Origin: Mizuhopecten yessoensis
Taxonomy: Eukaryota
Reading direction: 5' to 3'
NCBI RefSeq assembly: GCF_002113885.1
Contig: NW_018408917.1
Coordinates: 124,001-188,000 of the forward strand
Length of the DNA stretch: 64,000 bases
Below the pieces are notes generated by a model, which was not told where the DNA came from, searched no databases, and saw nothing but the letters and a program-made list of their open reading frames with translations. Position numbers and translations under genes: made by a program. Numbering within the stretch: position 1 is the first letter of the stretch; the number at the start of each line of letters is the position of its first letter. This document shows, in pieces, positions 13,301 through 26,637 of this stretch.

Positions 13301-13734
13301 AAAAATTTAAACTTCGAGACGAGTTTCATAAAAGCTCATATGAAATGAAAACTCATTTAAGATACTATTTGTAAATAAAAGTAAAACAATTTATTAAAAC
13401 AGTGTCAGCACATTAAGAGAAAATGACATTTCGAATTGGATCAGGAGAATTGAATGAATATAAGTAGGAGACTTGTATTTCACTGCTGAGAAAAGGAAAG
13501 TGTTCTAGCTACAGTTGTCACAGAGAGTGTAAGTGTGCTTAACAATTATTTCAATGTTAAAAAGACTGTTTTAAGGTGAATATTGGTGCAAAGGTAAATA
13601 TCATGTTCACAAAGAAGAGTCTATGGTGTCTACAATTTCAAATTATTGGGAGAAAAACAGGGAAAGAGCTTCGGTTGTCTGTTTGAAATAAAGGTGTTCA
13701 CATTATATACCTAGTCTATAGTTAGATCGTGAAA

Positions 13735-14040
13735 CACGATCACGATTGTCCGTTTTAGAAAGATGTAAGGGATATAATAATCATGATCATCCCTCCTTAG
13801 ATTTTAGGGATATAATAATCATGATTATCCCTCCTTAGATTTTAGGGATATAATAATCATGATTATATCCCTACTTAGATTTTAGGGCCTACAATAATCA
13901 CGATTAACCCTTCTTAGATGTAATGACATGTGGAAATTATGATTATCCGTTCTCAGACAGATTTTAGGGAGTTCAATAATCATGATTATCCCTTATACGA
14001 CAGATTTTGTGCCTGGTATAATCACGATTATCCGGTCTAG
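13735..14040. repeat. Degenerate ~38-bp minisatellite
   Basis: Unit ATTTTAGGGATATAATAATCATGATTATCCCTCCTTAG, ~7 copies, internal palindrome ATAATCATGATTAT. Confidence 0.85.
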
Positions 14041-14232
14041 AAAAGTGATGGAAGACATGACATAGTTATATTGTCTGTTCTCAGTCCGTTTTGTATATTG
14101 CATTCCCTCTGAAGAGATAGGAGAACTCAAGTTTGCTGGTTTGATGGTGTATCACAGGTTTACAGGAACATTGGTACAATCTTCTACTATCGATTTCAGG
14201 GAACATATAAAGTAAAGATATACATACATATA

Positions 14233-14242
14233 TGTGTGTGTA

Positions 14243-14285
<43 letters not shown>
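14233..14285. repeat. (TG)n microsatellite
   Basis: Directly visible. Confidence 0.95.
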
Positions 14286-14287
<2 letters not shown>

Positions 14288-15586
14288 ATGCTGTGGAAAC
14301 CTGGCCTCAGCTGAACGTTGACATCATCCTTCAAGGAAGTAGATACGAGGAAGATGAAGTTCTGACAGATTCTCATGCACATACCATGTATGGTTCATCA
14401 CAAAGAGATTGTGATCCATAGAAATAAGAGTCGATTCGCAAAAAAAGCGTGTATTCGGCATCAGAGTCTCCATAACATATATCTAAGTTGAGGGGCTTAC
14501 AACACTGATGTGTGAAATGCAGCAGATAAAATTCATTTAGCTCTGGGATGTTTAAATCATATAAAGGATGCCGCCATTTTTTTTTAATAATTTAATCAAA
14601 TGATATGCAGATCCATTTAAAATTTCCTTTGGTCTCAGATGATACACCTATAAAATGTAGCGCAGACACCGTATCAAGATGACTATTTTATGTTTGGTTT
14701 TATTATTGGCTATAACTGGTGATCAGGAGAACTGCTGTCTAGGGAAAATGGTTATCGCTGATTTGTGGAAACTGTTATCTCTCATCCACTGTACAATATT
14801 TTCGAATCGTGAAATAATGGGACAGCTATCCAATTTGGTTTGTATGCATACACCCAATATATTCGATCGGTAATTTAGCCGAATATCACTGAAATACTTC
14901 ACAGCTAGTAATATTCGCAGTGGATTTTATTTCGCTAAATTCGCGGTCACCAAAGATAACGCGAAGTTATAAATCTAGCGAATAGTATGTAATAACATGG
15001 ACATAACCTCCATGCATATAAGTATGTACATACACACATACAACAATCTGTTAACATATGTTTACTGCTGAATAATGAAGTTAAATCAGCAATGAAATAT
15101 CGTACTTTATTTACACAAAACATATGTAAAATAACTCTCATCACCTCAGAACAACATCACACTCGTGAATGCGATATTTTTCACGGCCATGAAATTCAAT
15201 CTCTACGAACTAGTTTTGATAGGGACAACCGCGAAATATTAGCCCCGAATTCAAACAAATCTATAGTACTACATAACTATATAATGCATGTTGTATGGAA
15301 TATATATATTCAGTGTTTTTGTACATTTAGCAAGTTTTAAGACATATTTAACGCCTTGATCTTTAGCAAGTTTATATATATAGCTAAAAATATAAAGTTT
15401 TTTTTATATATAAAAAAACCTTTAATTTATTTTTGTTTCCCTTTTTTAGTGAAGCCAATACATTTTGATTAAGACTTTAAAGTTCTTTAGTTCATGAGGA
15501 CAACATTGGTGTACACAGTTATATTTAGTTTACTTAAGAAAGGCTTAAATTCTTAATTTCTTTATAAAACCGTACTTACATAAGTG

Positions 15587-15944
15587 CATCCTCGATATCC
15601 ACGGGATACGGTCACTTTCACTCTCTACACCCCTAGAATATGTCATAGCAAAATTGAAGGCACGAAGATAGCTGTTTGGTCGGTCTCGGGTAAATAAACC
15701 TGACCAATCGCTAGGCTGATACATGTCCTTTGAAGATTACAAAGGAGAGACGCCCGACTTCACAGCCTGTCAGTTTGTTCCGTTACGTGACCGCGAGATT
15801 CTGTTGATGTATATCAAAGGATCGAACTAGTCTTCTTGTCTCATCAACGAGGTGGCGCACACCGAGCCTTCAATTTTGCTATGACATATTTATTCCAGGG
15901 GTGTAGAGAGCAAAAGTGAACGTAACCCCTGGATATCGAGGATG
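15587..15944. mobile_element. MITE with ~75-bp TIRs and 9-bp TSD (Mutator-like)
   Basis: CATCCTCGATATCCA...GCAAAATTGAAGGC / GCCTTCAATTTTGC...TGGATATCGAGGATG; flanks ACATAAGTG (15578-15586) and ACATAAGTA (15945-15953). Confidence 0.88.
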
Positions 15945-18900
15945 ACATAAGTATAACGTGATTAGTAAAACAAATTTCAAGTCATTGTATTATTTGATAA
16001 TTATGGAGAAAATTGCTCACACTTACACTGAAATAAATATAAAAATAATATTTCAACGTCAAACTTTTAAACATCTTTACTTAAGGTCTTAGACTTAAGG
16101 CCATGTCACAAACGATATGGATTTCGTGAGAAATTATTTTAAATCATTTATTTTCGCAAGAAATACATGTTCGCGATTTGCCTAAAGGAGAATTATTCAC
16201 TTATTAAAGCATCCCGTTTATAACAATGCCATTGGTACATAATATCAATGTTGTTAATGTACCTTCTTGTTGGCGAGTAATTGTATACAGTTAACCTACC
16301 GATAATGTTTGCGAATTAAGTACACCCAAAAATAAGGTTATTTACAGTAAACCCCAAATACACCACCCAATGTGTAAGTAAATTTAAGGTTACAGAGCAG
16401 GGGTAATGTATTTACTGGTGATGTATCAACGTAACTAGGTCAGGGTTTTCCCCGACCGCTACAATTGACACCACCAAACATTAGGCTACCTTAACATTCA
16501 TGTTTTCCCAAGTTTGTATTGTCCTTAAGGAATTTACATATTACTTTTCCGCCACCGTATGAAAGGATCGATGATAACGACCTCGAATGAATACTAGTGA
16601 GAATAGGAAAAATATAGCAGCTTTCCAAAGGACATATATTCTCTTGACTTCCGTGTCGATTGTAAACGTTTTAGCGGAGTTTCAGTGACAATTGAGGATT
16701 TGTAATAACGTAGGAGGTTTACGCACCCTACACATATATGAAGTTTTCTTATAATTCCTTTAAAGCGAATGACACATTCTATTAATACGTAAAATATGAC
16801 ATTGGTTAACATTAGAAATAAGTGTGATTAATTGTTTTGCGGTGAACATAAACTTATGTGTACTGCAAAAGAAGAGATTCAATTTTTAAAAAAGTCGTGA
16901 ACTATCAATTGTTATTATGCTTAGAATTTATTCTGGTTGACTATTGCCCTATTTTGATACCTGATTGTATATATGGTAGGCAAACGTCAACGCAAGGATA
17001 TTTGTACAAATATAATATTTTCTCAATCCATTTAGAAAAAGCATTCTGATACCATTTGCCTGTAATCTTGTCTTTACTGTCTCCTGAGACATGTGCTGAA
17101 CTGTAGCATGGCTATACGTGACTGCTGTTGTGTCTAACGCTGTCTAAAACTATGTCTGCTCTGTGCTGAGAGTACCAACCAGTGGTGAAGCTGTGTGTGT
17201 ATAGGAGAGTCGTGAAGCTCCTGATAGACACACAATAGATATACTTCTCTCGAGATCAATGACTACCCTCACACAGCGATGCTAGCAGTTATGTTATAAT
17301 ATGTATTGAGAAACCTTTTAAAGGATTCTGTAACAATGAAATATAGTTTCAGTTTTACTCACAAGATTTGTTTTCGTATGTTAGCAGAGAATGTATGTAT
17401 GCATGTGATGTGTCAATACACAGTATACTGTGTAACATGTTATATGGTATATTATATTATTTCATAAACGCTTTTTTCTAATAATTGCTTTATGTTTCTT
17501 ATATGACTTTCTCAATTTTAAGTAGAAGCTTAATCACTTAGTATTTATATCTAGCAATTAACGCCGCAGGGTTTATGTCCCCGATATTGTCTTTACAATG
17601 TAACTTTGCAGACGGACCTTGTTCTGGCATTGTTTACACGTGATACTGATTGAACATAAAGTTATAGTGTCTGTCTTACCTAAAAGTTGTTGATTTGTAA
17701 CCTTATATGAAACTTTCCTATTTTACTTTATTTTTACAAATATTCTGGAACACTTAAGACTTACATTGGCCTATTTTTTTTCTTTCGTACCTCTGATAAG
17801 CCCTAAATGAACGATTTGACCCTATGGTGGTCATTACTTTTCTCTGCCTTACTAAACGTACTAAACTTTCAAATATGCATTCTCCTATAGTTTGCAATTT
17901 TCGTATTATAATTTCTACGTAACGGTTAATATGTACTATAACGTCATACTTTGTGACGTCATATTTGCATCATGACATCAAGATATTCTTTTTCGCAGTC
18001 GAAAATGTCATTTTGTACAGAAAACAAAAATGGATTTGAGATAAGCAAGATATTTAACATTCATTATAGCACAAACAGGTATCGTATATCAAGATTTCAT
18101 TTTGTAATATACTCGGTGTAGCTCATTAGTCACGTATGTAAACTTTGGAACATTATTGATAATTTCATTTAATGTTTATTCATTTATCATCTAAACTGTT
18201 TATCATCTATATACTGCTTCCTTACATAATTCTCCTTTCCAAAAAGCAGTTAAATTGCATATCTTTCATCCGACTTTTAGGCCAAATGATCATCAAGATT
18301 CGGAGACAAACGTAAACAAATACGCGAAGGAATACCATGGACACCTTTAAATTGTGTGGAAAGATGTTCCTGAATTTTAACTTTGTTCAATGGGGCACAG
18401 CAGATGATAACTTCTATGTAGAGGAAGGGAGCGGACATCATGTTTCTGATTGTGTGTTGTCGTTTCGGTTTTTTTGACGGTCTTTCCCTACTCTATCTTT
18501 ACTATAAAAGTTTTATGATTATACACAGTTTGGGTGACAGGATTCTTTAGATTTTTCAATTATGTGTACAACCCATTGTTTAAAACACGTATAATGTCAA
18601 TCAAACGCACATTCAATCCAAGGGAGACAATCTAATTACATGTGGATTCTCAAATTCTATGACAAAGTCAATTCATAACGATTTTTCCTCAAATCAGTAT
18701 TCTATCTAGTGATTCGTGATTCTTAAATCAATTAAATCGTATGTAGGTGCATCGGTAAGTTGTTTGATCGGCAAGTAGATTCTTAACTTGTAATTCAAAG
18801 AGGTTAAATGAAATAGCTATAGTTCATAATGTTATTTGAAGGTCATGACACAATGGGGTAAGTGGCACCTGTTTAAACAAACATGAAACGACCCGAAAAA

Positions 18901-19813
18901 GTAAAAAGACCTCATCTTAATAGAACATACAAAAATGAAAGAAAAATCAATTTGAAAATTCCACTAATTATATGGTTCAGGCGTTCTATCATAATGTAAA
19001 TGGTTGTTGATCATCCAATATTCATACAGCTATAGCTGTTATTGATGACGTGTAACACGCTTGCCTGAATTATTGGTAATTTTAATTTGCATGACTGACA
19101 CATCATTTAAATTGTAATTTGGTTTAAGTACATAAATGATATTGAAATGTGCAAAGCGTGCGCGATTGGTGTAATTAAACACGATTACGTCACATTTCCT
19201 TTGCGTTGGTGTGACGCTCAGACTATCCTGAAATTTCCACGGTGTTTTATTAATATCAAACACCTTCACTAAGATAAGGAAGGTGTTATGATGATGTTTT
19301 AAGGATATGATCATAAAGAAATTGATCAAAACAACAACACGTAGGACAGGATTAAAAAAAATCCAAGAAAACTAATCGAAATGTAGTGATTTATAAAAGT
19401 TAAGATGAGACACGTTTAGGATGAATTATGGACTTGGAACACATGCGGGGTCGTCACACTTTCATTATTGCTCTGTGCTCGTAAAATACGACGTCAAGTT
19501 TTAAAGATAACCTTGCCTAGTGAGGACCGGTTTTAGTTCGTCAGCATGTCTATGACACTCGTAATGTTCTATTGTCTCACGGTGACATCGTGAGTGGCTC
19601 TACGCTACACCTACACTGCCCTTTTTAATGACAGTCGTAACATACATTGTTTCATGATGTCTTCCTAAGGAGTTGTAGGCATGGCGACCAAAATTTGTTT
19701 TCGTGCTTTGTTTCAAACCATGAACACTATTGCTGTTACTTAATTACCACATTAATAATAAAGTACACCGGAGGTCAAAATAATTACAATACTTTATAAA
19801 CTTATTTGATGGC

Positions 19814-19833
19814 GGGGGGGGGGGGGGGGGGGG
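19814..19833. repeat. Poly-G tract (20 nt)
   Basis: Directly visible. Confidence 0.9.
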
Positions 19834-20504
19834 TATTTCACAGAAGATTCGCTTTCCTGAACAGAAGAATAGTCATCAAAGTGATTATGATTTCAGTTGT
19901 TATAGAGTTTTTACATTAACTATATTTTCGTTTCCAATGGGCGGTTTTTTTCTATTAGATTAAAAACAAAAAGCATGTATTAATGACTACACCACTCTGT
20001 CCTAGATTATCGGCAGTTTCCTCCCAGTAAGTACCATACAACAACATGTTTCAATTGTATGAAATAAGGCATCTACTTAAAGCCGTTCTGATAATTTTGC
20101 AAGGACGCTTATACTAGGATTGAAATTCATTTCTGGCATATTATCTCTACCCACGTAATTTTACAGCTAATTGACTGTCATCGTGTGTATTACTGATAAA
20201 GGAAGATATCTTATAATATAGCTCTGGGTCAGACAATTACAATGGAAACGGCGGCTATAATCAAACTCTGAAACGTACATTGTGAAATACAGTCATCATG
20301 CTATGTTTGTAATTTATCACCGTAGACTGTTTTGATGGATGATGAATTTAAAATCAAGAATACAACTTAAGGATCCCCGTACAACTGCCAAAAACTGTGC
20401 TATGCACTGGAAACCGATTTTACCGGGACTGGTATGACAAATAAAAGATGAGATAAAAAAACAAGTCTCATCAACAAAAGTGTTCTGAGTGTAAAAACGT
20501 CAAC

Positions 20505-20575
20505 AGGGACCGGGATTCGGACCAAAGATTTCAGATTGTTATACCAACGATCTAACCAACTGAGCTAACTGTCCT
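20505..20575 (-). mobile_element. Degenerate tRNA-derived head (SINE or tRNA-LTR remnant)
   Basis: Minus strand TAGCTCAGTTGGTTAGA (A box) and GGTCCGAATCCCGG (B box). Confidence 0.5.
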
Positions 20576-22721
20576 ACGTCGCGTTCTGGTGCAACTTTTC
20601 AGCTTCCATATCCAAATCGAAATTATGGGGAGGTTACTGTAAATACGATAAATTAAAGTGCAGTGATCTTCAACACGATCACACATACATTATATATTAG
20701 GTTGTGCTACATATTAAGCTTTTGAAATTACATGAGCCTTTCAGCATGTGACAGCATAATACCTCAAACCTAGGCAAACAACATGATATTGATAAACATG
20801 TTTTATGGTAAGTGTAATCCGAGTTCGCCCTGGTGCATGTTATTTTTGTGTTTCACCTAAACAACAACGTTCGTTAGTTGCATAAGACGCGGCACGTATG
20901 CGTCCTATATACTCGCGATACCTGATAAAATGACAGGAGAGAGACTGACAAATAACGGCTAGTACAGAAGGGCAACGTCCACAGAAACTGTACTAACCCG
21001 ACAGGTTCAGGTGAAGATTAGGCCTACCGTACTCAACCGCATGTTAGCGTCAGAGGTGATTATATGCGTCCCTTGAGATTTGCGGGGGGTGGGGGGCAGT
21101 GACGTCTGTGTAAGGGACACTTAACAAGCTAACATTGATATGATATCCCTATTCCAACACTAAGGATTGATATCTTCTCTTTATTCTCGCTTCCCACTTT
21201 CTTTTTCTATGTTGTGAGAAGAAGGAATAACATATCTACAGAATGTTTTAAGCCTTTCGACAAAAAGCCTGCCAAATTCTTTTATTATGATATTTAATCA
21301 ACAAGAGTCAAATACAATGCAGCTCACTTATGATTAATATACAGAATACAATATTTGTAGACTTATGTCTTGAAATGATATCATTTCTAACGACAATAAT
21401 TCAGTTGTATGATTATCGAAGGTAAAACTGAACCCCAGTATGAAGGTCATATACAATGTAGTAAGTCAATCGTGAGGAAGACAAACTGTCTATGGACTGT
21501 ATAATCGGATATGCTAATTGAACGGCCAACACTTCCACACTGTTGTTAACTTGGTACGCTTTGTAGCTTGTATGCTACATACTCGTACAGCATACACAAA
21601 GCAGGGGTCTTACTCGGGCAAAGTGCCTTAAAATATGTCAGATGTCACTTCATGCATAAATCTGTTTAAATCAGTTAGGTTATCTGTTAGGATAAATGCT
21701 TGAGTATCGTATTAATGTGCATAGATAAAACAAGATATATAATGTGGTGGCTTGGAATGACTCCATACACAATGATGTAACACGTATTAAAGTAGCCCAG
21801 TAAACATGGGCGTGTCTTACTCGTTATAACAATTTTGTTTTGTTTTATACTGTAACTCATCTTATTTCGCGAGACATCATTTTTTGCATTATTTCACGCA
21901 AAGACTTGCTCACGAATTGAAATTTTCTATGACAAATTCTGTGAAAATTCAATGCCATTGATAATTACTATCATCTTTGATATATCGCCATCTTAATAGC
22001 AAATTGTACCATTCGCAGATAACGTCTACAGGAATGATTCGCGAAAAAGTACACACAACGAGTAATTTAAAGTTATAACGACTCTTAATTCAGACATAGA
22101 TCTTATCCGCTAAAAATCGTTTATTTTGATATTACCACAGATGCATTTTCAATGAAGACTTCCATACCACATGTGTACATATCGTTCTCGCATATCTAAC
22201 ACTCAATGAGTTCACTATAAGGCTATTATTAGTCTGTCTCCATCATACACAACCACCAGCTATCACCTCTGATTTTACCCATTTTCCGAGTAAATGCAAG
22301 TGTCAAGCGTCTGCAGTTTGAAAAGCATACAATGGTTGCGAATTTAACATATTTTCTATAAAAGTAGAATTAAAACTTTTACATATGCAATATATTGTAT
22401 TAGTCATTTTGTTTCTATAGGTATTAATTAATAACATCTTAAAGATGATCATATTCCTATTTTTATCGATTTCTTTTGGTACATTGTTCCTTTATTTGTA
22501 CTCTGTACCTTTATTTTAAAAGACGACGAATAATATAACATAAAGCACGGCAGCATTAAATAAATCATTATTGGAGCTACGAAACAAAATTCACAATGAG
22601 ACATGTACTTGCAGGTTGATATAAAATGTACTTGATATTCACAATCGAAAAACTATCTATAAAAATAAATATAGTAATAACACCTTAAAGAGTCAATATA
22701 TACACATATATATATATATAT

Positions 22722-24238
22722 TCAACAGACGGGTGCACTTTCAAATAAGGTCAAAACGTTCACTAATACATAGCTAAGAACAGCACCGATAAGCGAGCCT
22801 ATCTGAGTTACTGCTCCACACCATATCAGGGCCCGCTTTCCTTCCTGTCTAAGGATTGAGGCGATGGACAACTTAGAAAACGTCATTAAGGATCCCATAA
22901 TCACCCAGGCCGATATCTGATAAAAACAATAATTTCATAATTGTAATTTGACTGAAAGAAAAAGTCATATTTAGTTTCTGATGTTTTAATGAAAAAATAT
23001 TTGTAAAAATGCTGAATCGTAATTCAAATATAATTACTACACGGTATACACTGAATGAATCAATGCTAATTGTTTCCTTTTTTGCGTAAGCATTTCCGAT
23101 ATTTATAGAAATATACGAGTAGAACACTTACCATTAGTGGTGGACCGGCCGCATCGTCGTACAACCAAGGAGTTGGACTTTGACTAGCCATCAATATGAT
23201 GTAAGCCGATATCCCTGTTGCTATTGTAACATAGATTGTTATAACTATGGTTGATGCGACCGGAAGAAGAAAGGCCACAAAACACGTGACCGGATTAGCA
23301 ATTTTGGAGAGCGTTACTGTCAGGTGGTAGGCGTCGTTTCCGTACGGTATACAAGAGTAAGACTGGACTCCTGCTAGGACACCGTTAGTTAAACTGTTTA
23401 TCACTGTTATGAGAAACAGATAGAATGCAAAGTTTGCAGGGTTGATGCTTTTGGAAGCCTCCTTCACTGACGATTCATTTTGTTCACTGAGATCATACAT
23501 TTCTTTAGCAGTTGTAAATTTGTGCGTGACGTGTTCCTTTTTACAATAAGGAAGATAGTTAAGTAAGGTAAATGCCACACCGCACACAAACATCATACCA
23601 CACAGAAAGAAACAAAAGTACTCGAATGGAAATGAAGGCTCTTGGTAGACAGGTTTTATGTGAAAATAGGAAACGTTTGTTGTTTGGTTAACATCAGATA
23701 TATTTTGACAAGTCATCTTGCCCACTCCTTGTCCAAGGGCTACTAAACTAGGCAAAAGTCCACTGAGTCCTTCCCCGATGTACAACGCTGTCATGTACTT
23801 AACATGAAATAATGCCATGAATGGCAGAAATAACACAGACGATGTACAGTCAACAAATGAAAGGAAAAAGTCAAGGACAAATAAAGCCACACTATGCTCC
23901 TCACCGAATAATGTTGATGTTTGATCCCAGAAAAAAGCCATCAGCACACATGCTACAGCTCCGATTATCAGAATGCCATAAACAATGACTTTCTCATTCA
24001 GTTTGTTCTTGCAACACAGATATGCCAACATAACAAGGAGTGGACCGATGTTCGCCAGTTGGATGATTACTGTCAGATACGATGGAAGTTTCCACCCTTC
24101 TGGTAAACTTGGGACCATGATGGGTAATTCTACCCAAACACCATTGACCGCTACCCATGACCCCACGCCGAATAAGATAACAACGAGATACACGAAGAAA
24201 TTAACGTCGCCATTACGACATCCATTACAACTCTTCAT
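22722..24238 (-). CDS. SLC52A3: SLC52 family riboflavin transporter (SLC52A3-like), ~433 aa, 2 coding exons
   Basis: Exons 24238-23132 and 22916-22722 (phase 0, GT-AG). Motifs FGVGSWVAVNGVWVELP, LPEGWKLPSYL, ANIGPL, VDCTSSVLFLPFM, GEGLSGLLPSLVALGQG, NSLTNGVL..VQSYSCIPYG, WCGAVTQIGSLIGA. Acceptor at 24266-24267 favours ATG 24238 over 24307. Confidence 0.95.
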
Positions 24239-25130
24239 CTTAGAAAGTCGTTTCGTTGGTTGTTTCTGTAAATACACAATGTGATGATACGTTACTGGAT
24301 ACATCATTTTTTAAAATCTATATGTATATTTTATAACGATAATATAGAACACTATATTTTTAAATGATAAAACCACACATTATGAGCTGTATCATACAGT
24401 GTAGCAATGTAACTTTTTCTACTTTTTTTGCTATGGATTTTATTTTATATTCAGCATTTAAATAGACATGATAAAAATGATGATCTGTCGATATTATTTC
24501 ATAAAAAAGGAAGGGCTACACCCATCTTTGTGGATGGTCACTTTATAATACAACTTACAATATATTAAAATACAAACAAAAAACACAATGCTTTTATTTA
24601 TTTCTCATAACACATTTTTGAATTTTGTTTAATTCAAACTAAATGAATATTTCTTAAAAGTGATAATAGCATCTGGTTTTAAACCAATATGTGTCTTGGT
24701 CACTGCTATGCTATCTTAAACATCACTTTGGGATATGTTCACCTCATAAAGAGAAACTCAAAGAGGTTCCTATTACTTTTGATAATTGTGAAGCGAGATT
24801 CCCCGAGGTTGATTAAACTGTGATGGAATGTGAACGAGAAAGCATTACAACTGCTTATATTCTTTGTACATATTTTTGGCAACAAAATATTGACCGAGAC
24901 GAAGTGATATTGACCTTGACTTCGCCCGGTCTATATCACATTTTCAGATCCATATAACCACATTTTCACCTCAACTAAAGTTAATTATTGATAAATATAA
25001 TGAATCAGATCTCGGAAGTTGTCATTGTGCCCATCCTTATATTACTTTCATTAGGTAATAGCAAACACAATACTGATACATATATAAGTGACACAATGAT
25101 ATCAACACAAAATTAAAACTATCAACTTAC

Positions 25131-25350
25131 GCTTTTATCAAAATCCTGTGTCTGAGAAATAAGATCGTCCAATCCTCTTCATATTTTCTGTTTCCACATT
25201 CTCATTGTATAGAGTAGATCCGGCTATCGTCGTCTCTGGTTATCATCATTTCTATATGTGTATGGGAATGCCTAGTGTTGTAGTTATTTGTTTAGTATCG
25301 CTTATCTGTCGCTGTGTAAATAACGTCATGAAGATAACGTTATGTAAAAC
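25131..25350 (-). other. Probable non-coding first exon / promoter region of the SLC52 gene
   Basis: Strong minus-strand donor GC|GTAAGT at 25131/25130 upstream of the acceptor at 24265; upstream boundary is a guess. Confidence 0.5.
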
Positions 25351-26637
25351 AACCGGAACAGGTAGTCGTTAAAGTGCATGTCTGCTGATAACACGGTATC
25401 TGCGTGAGTCGATTTCCAACTTATTCATCGCAATTGATATGTGATTTGTTTGGTAAAGTTTATGGGTTTCACATGTTGTTACCTAGTTGTGTAATCATGT
25501 TTATATAATGATGCATACTTGGTTTTCTGAAACTGAACTAGGTAATTCGAATATTTGTATTAATTACAATATCAGTGTTATTTCTTTAATAACAATAGGA
25601 TTGTATACCACGAGCGATCTAAACTATTCTCACAAATGTTACAGGTACATCAAATATGATTTTGATATGTTAATATTATTACATTGTATCACTATCATTA
25701 TTAGTGTTTTCTCTAAACTTTAATCTAACTAAGGAGTTTAAAAACTTATTCAGAAATAGAAAGGCATGCAGTCAAAACGAAGTTCTGGTTCAAATTCATC
25801 TATATACACTATGGGTATATATAATGCATCGCATGAACAATGACGTCATCATAACATATTTTATGAAGAAATCAACTAGTTTATATCACAGAATGTTGTT
25901 GCATTATAAATATTTAACCCTCTTACTGATTAAGTTGGTGACTATATTCACATATTGGTTATTTTTCTGTATGAGATACATAAGTTGATGAGTTATAACA
26001 TTCAATCAGTTGATCAACTTGGTTTCAATGTTTCATAAATAATTTACCTGTAATCACATACAGGAGTTTATATAAAATACAAGGTGAAAAGTATATGTTT
26101 TCTTTCAACGTATAGATTGTATGAATAATAATTATGATGTATGTATTTGGAAAAATATTGTTTCATATCCACCTATACTTACATGTAATAATGTTATTTT
26201 GTGTATCGATATGAACGATACATCACGTATGCTGCCAGTTGAATTATAATATCCCTGTGCAATTAATTATTTAAAAGAAGAGGAAGTAAGCTAAGCTGTG
26301 TCTAATTCCTTTGCCTATGCTATTAATCAAATAAAGTTCGGAAAGTTGTATGAACATATAGAATGAGCTTTAACAAAATATTGTTAAATCCCATATTTGA
26401 CAAGTAAAATGTAGCATAATGAGGGGCGCATAAAGGAATTGAAAGGGAAGGTGGTTATTGGAAATGCTGGCGGTTAGCGAGATGGTAAATGAATCGACGA
26501 GTACTTTATTATTTTTACTGTAGACATAAACGAGGAGCGTCACACTAAGGATATAATGTGAATATTAATGAGAGGATATAAATATATGTTGCAATGTATA
26601 CGATTTTCATTTCTATTTTGACCAATTTCAAATCCAT

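Noticed and set aside
14100-14873. Coding-looking patches around the (TG)n repeat and a signal-peptide-like ORF at 14679
   Set aside because: No consistent splice chain or recognisable domain.
23066-23131. C terminus of the 413-aa ORF
   Set aside because: Read-through into the intron after the donor at 23131; the true end is exon 22916-22722.
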